From assembly GCA_951406725.2 (NCBI GenBank), contig OX597827.1, forward strand, positions 78,678,001 to 78,742,000: a stretch of 64,000 bases of DNA. Reading direction: 5' to 3'. This DNA comes from Octopus vulgaris. Taxonomy: Eukaryota. Shown in pieces: positions 11,571 to 23,383 of the stretch (its first letter is position 1; each line of letters starts with the position of its first letter). The notes beneath the pieces were generated by a model that had not been told where the DNA came from, searched no databases, and saw only the letters and a list, made by a program, of their open reading frames with translations. The position numbers and the translations under genes were made by a program.

Positions 11571-12019
11571 TTTGGTTTCCATAGTAGGTGGGTGTGGTCA
11601 AACAGTTTGGTTTCCAAACTATATGTCACCTCAAACTAGTTTGTGGCTACAAACTAAGTTACTTTCCATAGTATATGGATGTGGCATAAACAGTTTGGTT
11701 TTCATAGTATATGGGTGTGACCACATACTAATGCAGTTTCCATAGTATATAGATGTGACCATAAAACAGTTTCATTTCCATAGTATATGGATGTGACCAT
11801 AAAACAGTTTCATTTCCATAGTATATGGATGTGACCATAAAACAGTTTCATTTCCATAGTATATGGATGTAACCATAAAACAGTTTCATTTCCATAGTAT
11901 ATGGGTGTGGCCAAAACAGTTTGATTTATTTCCATAGTATATGGATGTGTCCACAAAACAGTTGGGTTTTCCTAGTATATAGATGAGACCATAAACTAGT
12001 TTGGTTTACATGGTATAGG
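11571..12019. repeat. 38-bp minisatellite, ~11 units (ccatagtatatggatgtgaccataaaacagtttcattt)
   Basis: Near-perfect units start at 11740, 11778, 11816, 11854, 11892, with diverged units on both flanks. Confidence 0.95.
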
Positions 12020-12611
12020 TATGATAGCAAAGTACTGTCTTTTACTTACTATTTAACTATCCAGATATTAAATGTTGTGTAGGGAAAATAATTTAAGAAA
12101 ATGTTAATGAAAATGTAATAATAATCTTGTGTCTAGTTTCCAAAATATGAGAAAATACCATAAAAATGGGATTTAATAAGAAAACTGACAAAGATGTTAG
12201 AAAATCTTCATAGCATCCGCTCCTCCTTACTCTCTCATGTTAATATTTCATTATAAAATATTTTTCAAAGTATGTTTTTATTTTAATTTTATTCTAAGTT
12301 TTCATTGTTTATTATGTTTGAAAGGAATGTTTGTCGTAAAATGGATATCTCATAAGATTTTGAAATAAAAACGAATCAGCTCTGAGAAGCTATGAAAAAA
12401 AGTCATATTCTTATCAAATCAGTTTGAAATGATATTTTGTTCAATTCCTATAGAAATACAGAGAGTATTTTATAGCATCCAGACAAATCTTCCACTTGCA
12501 AAGTCATTTTAATGCTTCATTTTATCATTGAGGGCATTTTCTTAGAATAGAAGAAAGTTAAGTAAAATGATATCGCAGCAGAGAGAAACATTCCTTATTT
12601 TGCATTCTCCT

Positions 12612-12615
<4 letters not shown>

Positions 12616-12690
<75 letters not shown>
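12616..12690. repeat. (TA)n microsatellite
   Basis: Direct reading. Confidence 0.98.
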
Positions 12691-12696
<6 letters not shown>

Positions 12697-15600
12697 ATTA
12701 CTGTCCATTGTTAGTGAGTTTGTAGTTCCCACTGCTGGCTGTGAAAGTAGAATCTGCTTAAATTTCATTTCACCCAAATTTAGGTCACCAATAGTAGCAC
12801 ACAGTTTGAATGAATTCAAGTTTATCAACATGAATGGTCTACCAGCAGCGGAATTTGACCTTTAAGAAGATGAGGGCAATTGATATTTTAGTGCAGAAAA
12901 TTACAGACATGTAAATTGAAGTGAATAACGAGCTAAAAATAGCTGCCTATACCAAGATGCTGTAAAAATATTTTACATTTGTCCAACAATGTACAATTTT
13001 TTCTTTAGTGTTGTTGAAATAGATGTATTTTTTTTCCTTCAAATAAATATATTTTGTTTTTAGTTTTGGTAAGTACCACCACACACGAAACTCTAAACCC
13101 CTAAGTCACTCAGTAACTTCTCCCAATTAGAAATAAAAAGTATCTTTTTCTTCACATTTCCTTTTTTGATTATCAATTTGTTGTTTTTTATTAATTAAAT
13201 TAATTCAAGTCAAGCTAAACATGTCCCCATGTGGTTAGTTGGTTGGTTAGGTTTTTTTATATTTGAATGAGAGAACAACACCAATATTATAATAATATTG
13301 TAACATAAAGATATGGTAGGGGCAGGTGTGGCTGTGTGAGAAAGAAGCTTGCTTCCCAACCCCATAGTCCCAGGTTCAGTCCCACTGCAGAGCACCATGG
13401 GCAAATATCTTCTACTATAGCATCAGACTGACCAAAAACTTGTGATTTGGTAGATGGAAACTGAAAGAAGCCTGTCGTGTGTGTCTTTGTGTCTGTGTTT
13501 ATCTCCAACCACCACTTAGTGTGTTTATGCCCCCTGTAACTTAGCAGTTTAGAAAAAGAAACTGATAAAAAAAGTACCAGGTTTTTAAAAAAGTACTGGA
13601 GTTGATTTGTTTAACAAAAGTTCTCCAAGATGGTGCCCCAGCATGGCCAAAGTTTCATGACTGAAACAAGTAAAAGATAAAAGATAATATACAGTGAAAT
13701 TTAAAGTACTGACTTTTTATGTAGATGAAGTCTAATAGCTGTGAGGTTCTCAGGTTCAAATCTCAGTCCAGCTATTATGATGTAGTGAAGTACTTAACTC
13801 TGCTTACTTCAATTCCACTGACTCAACACACACACACACACACAGATCCTGTTTCTACTCTACAAATGAGTGAGTGATAATGGTTAAGTTAGGGTCCTCT
13901 CACTATAAAATCTGTTGTTACAATTAAGGAAGCAGCCATCCTCCATGACGTCAGGAAAAAGTTAGATGAAAAACTATCAATGCAACGTGTAGGAAGATCT
14001 CGTTAAACAGTTTTTTAATGATGATTTCTCTAATGAAAAATTCTCCTTGAAATATTTATAATTTCCTGTTTTGTAACAGAAAACCTATTTCTCCCATTTT
14101 TGAACTGTAAACACCCCCACCCCATGAAAGTAGTAAAAACTTGATGTAAAAATGATAATTCTTTCTATGATGACCAGGAAACCTGAAATTTGGGGGTGGA
14201 GCAAATAGTTGGTTCCACTGACCACGGTGCTCAAATAGGTACTTATCGTATTTTGATGTGTATAAGGTGGAGGCACAAAGAAATATGGACTCACACAGAT
14301 GGACGGATGAAGGCCCCATGATGTATATTTCAGTAGCTTAGGATGAGAAAGTTTAATACTTGAACTCCAACCCCACATAGATGTACTGAATGGGTTGAGA
14401 GTGGCTTAGATGAGAAGACAGAAATAAAGGCAGTGCTCCAGCATGGGCAAAGCCATGTTGGCTAAAGTAAAGAATCAGCAGTGAAGCTCTTCAGGTCATT
14501 ATCACCACCACCATTATAAGCTGGTCCATTCAATAGACAGAATCAAGACTGTGATGAGATGAATAATAAACCCACCATGCCCACCAAACCAAACTTTCTG
14601 CTCCCAATTCAGTTAAAGACAGCATCCAACCCATTCACTAAAACACCATTTTCCAAAAGCAATTCACTTGGCTGATATTATTGGATTATTCTTCCTCACA
14701 AGTTGTTTTTTTCTTTTAGATTTTAAACCCTCTTCCTCACCAGAAGGAGATTTTACTTACTAATTACAACGATACTCTCGTATATGCATGTATGTGTGTG
14801 TGTATTTGTGTGTCTGTGTTTGTTCTGTCACCATCACTTGACAACTGATGTTGGTGTGCCTACATCCCCATAACTTCATGGTTCAGCAAAAGAAACTGAT
14901 AGAATAAGTACTTGGCTTAGAGAAAATAAGACCAGAGGTTGATTTGTTTGAGTAAAGGTGGTGCTCCAGCATGGCTGCAGTAATAATTAAAGTTCTTCTT
15001 GACTGGTCTCAGTTATGTCATTAATTAGATGGAGGGACAACACCAATGGCTTCAGTAACAACCTCCCACGCAGGCAAGGCCAATCATTATCTTTATTTCA
15101 GACCCACTTTCCATGTTGGCTGCATCGTCACAGTTTCAGTCAATTCTTGTTTAGGGCTTACAGTCCCCTTATGTGTAACCAAAGGATCGCCTCTCCTTTC
15201 TCTTTTAACTTTTAACCAAGCTTTCCACCGCTGGATTCTCTTCCTAACCCCAACCACTATCCCACAGCGAATCAGATTTAGTGTTATATCTTCATCACAC
15301 CTGCATGAGAGGTTGTCAGGTGCCCAACAGTTACAGGAAATTTTGCCATGGGAAAATTCACAAGAAATTTCATTTTAAATGACTTTATCACATTTTAAAA
15401 ATTCTTTTATAAAACCTTTCATCCTTCTTCTTTTATTAAAAAAAAAAAAAAGCTGAAATAATAGACTTCATCATTTGTCCTTAAAGCAAAATTCTTTGGA
15501 CCCAGTTCCTATCAAGGGAATACGAAAGCCCCAACCCACTGTGCAGCCATCAAATACTGGAGAATGTACTGGATGCATTTTTTTATGAGATCCTGGGGGG

Positions 15601-16871
15601 TGGAGGCTGGCATTTTGGGGTAGGAATAACTGGGCAGAGGGTTTACTACGGGGTGGACAGATGGGTGAGTGTCTCAGTAGCAGCGAGGATGAAAGCTGTT
15701 TCTTAACTCTTTTACTCAGTCAAATATTTTGCTTATTTACATTGCTTTTAATTAATCATGCTTCAAGATTTTGATGTGATTCTTTACTTTTAGAATGACA
15801 TTGTAGAGTAGGTGTGAGAGGCCAGATCTGGACAGTTTCAACATAAAACCGATAGGGTTAGGGTTAGGGGCAACGCTATTAGTAAGTTACATAAACTTTA
15901 GATGGATTTTATTGAGGACCTGGTAGCATCTCATTGCGATGAGGGTTGATTGAGTTTTTGTGGGGATAACAGGCATGTCCCTTTGTAAGGAACTATTTTA
16001 TCTCACCTTTCTTTTTTGCTTTCATTTATCAACTCCATGAGAGAGAGAAACAAAGATGTGGAGAGGCAGAAACAAAGAGACCCTCTGTGTGTGTGTGTGT
16101 ATATTGACAATTGATATTTTTAAAAACCCTGGTCAATTCGAAGGAGTAAAATAGACTGTTTTCCATTTAGGTGGAGGAATTACTTGTTCCTGGAGTTTCC
16201 ATTTGTGTGTGTGTGTGTGTGTGTGTGTGTTCATATACATACACACATACAAAAACAACATAAACCAGAATGGAGAATTAGACATCATCAAAACTTGTTT
16301 ATTACAGTATCACGAACATTTGCTTCACACTGGGTTTCAGTCCGACACATCTCTGCAACCCAAGTGTCCCAATGTCACTTGATGTACTATTTGTGTATTT
16401 AGTTGAGACACTTACAGAGCAAAAACACGTGACAAACGGAAATCCATCGTAAATATTACTGTAATAAACAAGTTTTGAAGATGCATAATTCTCCATTCTT
16501 TATGAGGTCTTCATTATACACTCTGCATGCTGTATAACATCAACAGAAGCAAACTTAGGATTTACTTGTCGAGTGGAGTACTGTGTAATTGTTTATTGTA
16601 AATGATTCTGTATGTACTCCATCATTTGATATGGTTAGCAAGATCTGGATTATAACAGAGTACTGATAGGTACTAACCTGGATTCCAGATCCTTATTCCT
16701 ACCCCACACACTCTCTCCCTCATTTTATATATATATATATATCAGATTAGATCAATCTTGAGTATAACCAGCCGAAATTGCAAAGATAATCTGGAACTCG
16801 ACTGAGGAAAGAACATCTGAATGACCCGTCCTTGTTTTCTTGTCCCATTTTGTATTTCATATATACATACG

Positions 16872-16907
<36 letters not shown>

Positions 16908-16973
16908 CATACATACGTGTATATATATATACACACATACATACGTATATATATATATACACTCATACATACG

Positions 16974-17004
<31 letters not shown>

Positions 17005-17109
17005 ATATATACACACACATACATACGTATATATATATATATACACACACATACATATGTATATATATATACACACACATACATATGTATATATATATAT
17101 TTACGTATG

Positions 17110-17141
<32 letters not shown>

Positions 17142-18409
17142 TATATACATGTATGATTCAGTCAACGCATTGACAGATCTACACTGGAGGATAGTGAGGC
17201 CTTGGCATGAAGCAGTGTTTGAGTTTGGGTTGGTTGAAACATGTTTCAACCAGCCTGGGTTCTGCTCATTCATGGACACAGCCTCCTGCTCGGGCTCCGT
17301 CATTTCCCCCCAATCAGCTAATCTGAATGTTCACTGAACTATAATATAAGATTACAGCTTTCTCAGGTTCATTCAGAGTTGCCTGTGTAGGGTGCATCTT
17401 ATTGGCAGGAGCCGGGAGATTTGAAACATCAAAGTCTGAGATTGCTGCTGGGGCTGGAAGCTTTTGTGCCATTTTGCCGTAGGAGAGACTTTTTCTCCAC
17501 ATAAGCTGCAGTGTATTTGCCTTTTGGTGGTTAAGGTGTGCTTCAATTAACCTAAATTCTGCTCATACCTGAACACTGCTTTGTTCTACATATATATACT
17601 CTTTTACTTGTTTCAGCCATTTGACTGCGGCCATGCTGGAGCACCGCCTTTAGTTGAGCAAATTAACCCCGGGACTTATTCTATCGGTCTCTTTTGCCAA
17701 ACCGCTAAGTGACGGGGACGTAAACACACCAGCATCGGTTGTCAAGCAATGCTAGGGGGACAAACACATATACATATATATGACAGGCTTCTTTCAGTTT
17801 CCGTCTACCAAATCCACTCACAAGGCATTGGTCGGCCCGGGGCTATAGCGGAAGACACTTGCCCAAGATGCCACGCAGTGGGACTGAACCCGGAACCATG
17901 TGGTTGGTTAGCAAGCTACTTACCACACAGCCACTTCTGCGCCTATATATACATGGTAAGATGCTTGCTTCCTAACCACATGGTTCCAGGTTCAGTCCCA
18001 CTGTCCTGTACCCAGGGCAAATGTCTTCTACCATAGCCTTGGACTGACTGAAACCTTGTAAGTGGATTTGATAGATGTAAACTGAAAGAAGCCTGCCGTA
18101 TATACATATATATATATACATGTATGTGTGTGTGTATTTGTGTGTCTGTGTTTGTTCCCTCACCATCGCTTGACAACTGATGTTGGTGTGCCTACATCCC
18201 CATAACTTCGTGGTTCAGCAAAAGAGACTGATAGAATAAGTACTTGGCTTAGAGAAAATAAGACCAGGGGTTGATTTGTTTGAGTAAAGGTGGTGCTCCA
18301 GAATGGCTGCAGTAAAAGAATACACATATATAAACCTACATTTACATATATATATATATGAATTTGTGCTGCAAGATTCCTGATGTCAAGTAGTTTGTTG
18401 AAACAGATA

Positions 18410-20170
18410 TTATACTTTTTTTTGCCAAATAAACACATGCATTATTACTGTTCTCATTCTAAATCCTTTCCATTGTCTGGAAATCTTTCATCACACATCT
18501 GTGACCTTCTCAGTGACACTTTCCGTCTTCGTGTGTGCTCTTGCTCGGCTTATTCCATTCTGTTACTTGATGCGTATCCTTATATGCACACGTGTGTCAC
18601 TGTTTTTAGTAGTATTATGACCCTCACCTCAGCTCTATCCCCTATGCCATTGTCACCCTTAAACCCAACTTTTTGTACTGTTCTTGTAACTCACTGTGTT
18701 AGTGTATTTGCCCAAGCTGCTGTCAGTGTGGTAGATGTTCTTGGATACTGTTATGGCCGTTTGTGAAGTTACCCTATGTGTATGTTTGTGTGTGTATATG
18801 GGTCCGCTTCCTATGTTGTTTGTATCCATACCATTTATAGTTTTCTTTTTTGTGTCTCTAATTTTGTTTTATATATATCATAGGTATGTGCATATGGAGG
18901 CGCAATGGCCCAGTGGTTAAGGCAGTGGACTTACGGTCTTAGGATCGCAGTTTCGATTCCCAGACCGAGCGAAAACACCTAAAGCTCCAGCAGGGGGTGG
19001 TGGTGATCCCTGTTGTACTCTTTCGCCACATTTTTCTCACTCTTTCTTCGGTTGGCCTGCTCGCATAGCCAGCAGGGTGGCGTCATTGAAGGCTAAAAAA
19101 CAATGCAAAGCGCATTGTGACCAGCGATGTGTAGCAACATCTGATAGCCTGGTCGGTCACGTGATTATGCTGTTAGTATGATTTTTTTCTCCCTTAAGTC
19201 TTTAGTCAGCATGTGTGGCGTGGTGATTACTGTTCCATTCGTGTTTTCTGTTGAGGCTTGGTCTGTTTATTGCTGTGTGTGTAGCATCTGTGATCTAAGT
19301 GTCGTGTCAGCTCTATGTGTTGATAATACTGTGACCTCTATGCTATTGACTCAGCCTCTATGTTCTGCCTGAGCATGTTGGAAGAGCACTGACAAGCCTT
19401 ACTCTTCTTTGAGCTCTTGCCAGTGTGTTCACCTATTTGCTCTCCTATGCTCCATGCAGTCTGTCCAATGTAAACAGTTGTCATGCTTCTGCACCGTTCC
19501 TCAGTACATCGTAAGCTATACACTATATTCCTAACCTTACAGATAAGCTGTGGGTTCATCCTACATACAATTGTTCTCCGTATATGGGGACCTATCGAAG
19601 GGATGAGTTCTACCACATGACAACTAAAGACTGAAGGGAGAAAAAAAAAAGATCCAAACAGCACAATACACATACAATAGACATATAAGCACATACCTAT
19701 GATATATATAAAAAAAAATCTAGAGACGTAAAATATGAAACTGTATAAATGGTATGGATACAAACAACATAGGAAGTGAACCCATATATACACACAACAA
19801 CATAAATGGTAACTTCACAGAAGGCCATAACAATGGCAGCAGCATGGGTGAACACAGAAACACAGTCAGGTACAAGAATGGTACCACTTCTGGTTCAAGG
19901 GTAGCAGCGGCAGCAACGGAGTAGGGGATGGGGCTATGGGGAGAGCTACTAAGAACAATGGCACACACACACACACATATGTGCATATAAGGATACACAT
20001 CAAACAAGAACAATGGAATAAGCAGAGCAAGAGCACACACAAAGAGAGAAAATGTTGCTTAGGAGGTCACAGAGGTGTGATGAAAGATTTCCGGACAATG
20101 GACATCAGTTAGAATGAGAATAGAAATAAATGAGTGAAGAACGAATATAGTGTGTGTTTATTTGGCAATA
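18410..20170 (-). mobile_element. Penelope-like retroelement remnant: inverted pseudo-LTRs around a GIY-YIG endonuclease fragment
   Basis: ~18415-18885 is a diverged reverse complement of ~19690-20170. Minus-strand peptide NIVYSLRC..C..VYIGQT..IGEQIGEH (about 19425-19530) matches PLE GIY-YIG. Degenerate hammerheads at 18474-18518(-) and 20053-20097(+). Confidence 0.8.
18895..19165 (+). mobile_element. tRNA-derived SINE family D; second, longer copy 58452-58832
   Basis: ggaggcgcaatggcccagtgg (A box) ... gtttcgattccc (B box) head shared by both copies. Confidence 0.85.
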
Positions 20171-20231
20171 AAAGAAAATGGATAAAAATAACCATATATA
20201 TATACATACACACACAAACATGTATAAACAG

Positions 20232-20264
<33 letters not shown>

Positions 20265-21199
20265 TGCACCATTTGAGCATGATCATTACCAACGTCACCT
20301 TACTGGCACCTGTGCTGGTGGCACGTGTAAAAAGATTCGAGCAAGATCATTGTTAGTACCGCCTGGCTGGCCCCCATGCCGGTGGCACGTAAAAAGCACC
20401 CACTACACCCTCGGAGTGGTTGGCATTAGGAAGGGCATCCAGCTGTAGAAACTCTGCCAGATCAAGATGGGAGCCTGGTGCAGCCATCTGGTTCGCCAGC
20501 CCTCAGTCAAAATCATCCAACCCATGCTAGCATGGAAAGCGGACGTTAAGCGATGATGATGACATATATACACACATATATACATGCAGACACACACAAC
20601 ATGAGTGAAAGGACAATGAAAGTAAAAGGACTTCCTGTGCTTCTTCATTCTACAATCTGAGCATGAACAAGCTGGGGCTTCGATTGGTAGACTGCAAAAC
20701 TAAGCCGCATGGAGTGAAATCAAACTGTTTTAAATGATGATACACACACACTTACGTGTACAGAGATCTGTGATTAGCTGTGTTTAGAACCACCATGTGG
20801 GTGCCATATGCAGAACAAATTCGATACGTTTATGGAAAAGAGCATCAAAGGAAGGTTTTATTGAACAAAAGAGGCTGTGAGATGGGGACAGGTGAGGAGA
20901 GAGAGAGAGAGGAGATTTTGATAAGATTTCGAGGGAGTTCACAAATCACAGTTGTTTTCCTTTTTTTTTTGTTTTTCGTGGGGGGGACCATAAGCAAACG
21001 GGATGGGGGTGAAGAGAGGGGCCAGGTGGGGGGCGGGGGGCGATGTAGAGCTGATGCTCAACGAAATACATCATTGATACTAGCAATAGTTACATGTTGT
21101 CTAATGGGGTATTTTACAATAATAATAATAATAATAATAATAATGATAATAAATAGTTGTAAAAAATATAAAACAAGAAATTGATTCAAAATTAACAGT

Positions 21200-21838
21200 T
21201 AACTTACTACCCGCATACACACATTACTCATATGCACACACACATACATATAGATACATTCATATATATATATATATATACACACAAATCTGTTTATTGA
21301 ACCCAGTCAGATTGTTTATCATATTTACCTCTCTCTGTATATACACACAATATATATATATATATATTTATACATACACATATACTTATACACACATATA
21401 TATATACATATACTACCTATATATATATATACATATACATGTATATATATACTATATATACTACATGTATACATATACATGTATATGTATACTATATATA
21501 TATATACTATATATATATACATACTATATATATATACATATATACATGTATATGTATGCATATATGTATACTATATATATATACGTACTATATATATATA
21601 CATTGTTTATGTATATATACATATATATATTTACATACTATATATACATATATATACATGTATATGTATATATATATATTCATATATATACATGTATATG
21701 TATATATATATATTCATATATATACATGTATATGTATACATATATATGTATGAACATATACATAGATATATACACACACACACACACACACATACATATA
21801 TACCATATATATACACATACATATATATATATACATAC

Positions 21839-21869
<31 letters not shown>

Positions 21870-21915
21870 CATACATACATATATATACATACATACATAT
21901 ATATACATACATACA

Positions 21916-21955
<40 letters not shown>

Positions 21956-21968
21956 CATACATATATAC

Positions 21969-22030
<62 letters not shown>

Positions 22031-22337
22031 AGATACATACATATATATATATATATATTATACACATACATATATACCATATATATATATATTATACACA
22101 TACATATACACCATATATATATATTATACACATACATATACACCATATATATATATTATACACATACATATATACCATATATATATATATATATATATTA
22201 TACACATACATATATACCATATATATATATATATTATACACATACATATATACTATATATATATATCAATATATATATATATACTATACACATACATATA
22301 TACCATATATATATACTAAGTTATATATATATACTAT

Positions 22338-22382
<45 letters not shown>

Positions 22383-22560
22383 CATATTCCTACCTATACT
22401 TATATACATATATATTTCTATACAAATACATATTCTATACATATATATATATATACACATACTATATATAAATTATATATGAAATATATTTTATATATAT
22501 AAAACATATATAGCATAAAATATATTTAATATATATAAAAAATATAATATATATAACACA
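21200..22560. repeat. Large degenerate TA/CA low-complexity tract
   Basis: Direct reading; similar tracts at 16860-17150, 22900-23385, 23770-24080, 44000-44900, 45540-45890, 46945-47160. Confidence 0.95.
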
Positions 22561-23209
22561 TATACAATGTAAAAAAATCATGATAGGCAAAAACAATAAA
22601 AACATAAAGAAAACAAACAACAACAAAGCATTTAAAGACAGAGAATAAAAAAAAAAGAAAACTGAAAATAAAAAAATATAGTAAAAAAAACTCCAAGACA
22701 ACTTTTTGTAATCAAGATGTACATTAAAAAGGTGAAGGAGGAGTCTATTTAAATATTAGAATGTAGGAATTGAACCCACGAACTTGTCGTTTAGAGGAGA
22801 ATGCATATAAAGCATTAATTAAGTCATTTCATTAGCTTTAATTCATTAGTCACTCTCTGCATATCTTGTGTCTCCAGTTTGTAGTTCAAAGTCACAACAA
22901 TATTTCTCTATACAGAGACAATATGTATGTGTACATGCATATATTTACATACATATATATATATAATGCATACACATGATATATATCTATATATACACAC
23001 ACACACATAGATATACATACATACAAACATATATACATATATCAATCTCCACACTTGATATTGACTAACTCAATGTTTATCTTCTCCACAGGCATGTGTA
23101 CGTCTATATATGATTAAACATAAGGCCATATAACATCTGTTAAATTGCACATATACACGTGTGTGTATGTATATCTATATATATACATATGCTTATGTGT
23201 GTGTGTATG

Positions 23210-23257
<48 letters not shown>

Positions 23258-23349
23258 TATAAATATAGACATTTATATACATATGCTTATGTGTGTATGT
23301 ATATATATATATACATATATATAAATATAAACATTTATATACATATGCT

Positions 23350-23383
<34 letters not shown>

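Larger units (their letters stand above)
615..17590 (+). ncRNA. Candidate long, extensively base-paired non-coding RNA (many structured domains separated by TE/microsatellite insertions); ends uncertain, may extend to ~20.8 kb or begin upstream
   Basis: No credible ORF. Nested helices occur in most unique blocks, e.g. 1091-1116/1655-1679, 2139-2147/2465-2473, 3111-3120/3250-3259, 7498-7509/7666-7677, 12692-12700/12835-12843, 13733-13741/13769-13777, 15501-15507/15628-15634, 16288-16309/16457-16478, 17221-17240/17243-17262. Non-canonical pairs are mostly G-U on +. The 5' part (800-2700) is CpG-rich, like an unmethylated 5' end. Possible splice signals: AG|GTGAGT at 1141, acceptor 13008 and donor 13069. 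Confidence 0.55.

Noticed and set aside
11571-12019. CRISPR-like array
   Set aside because: Head-to-tail tandem units without unique spacers; eukaryotic context; no cas genes
12090-12600. Further helices (ttcatagc/gctatgaa, gtttttattttaa/ttgaaataaaaac)
   Set aside because: Compatible with the structured RNA, but the block is so AT-rich that chance pairing cannot be excluded by eye
15853-15869. (TTAGGG)-like run, considered as telomerase RNA template or interstitial telomere
   Set aside because: Under three units, at the GGGTTA end of a piggyBac-type MITE, and on the wrong strand to be a template within the plus-strand structured RNA
17143-17502. Minus-strand peptides (AQKLPAPAAISDF..., MTEPEQEAV...) as exons or a TE ORF
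   Set aside because: No recognisable motif or splice support; sequence features are better explained by plus-strand RNA pairing
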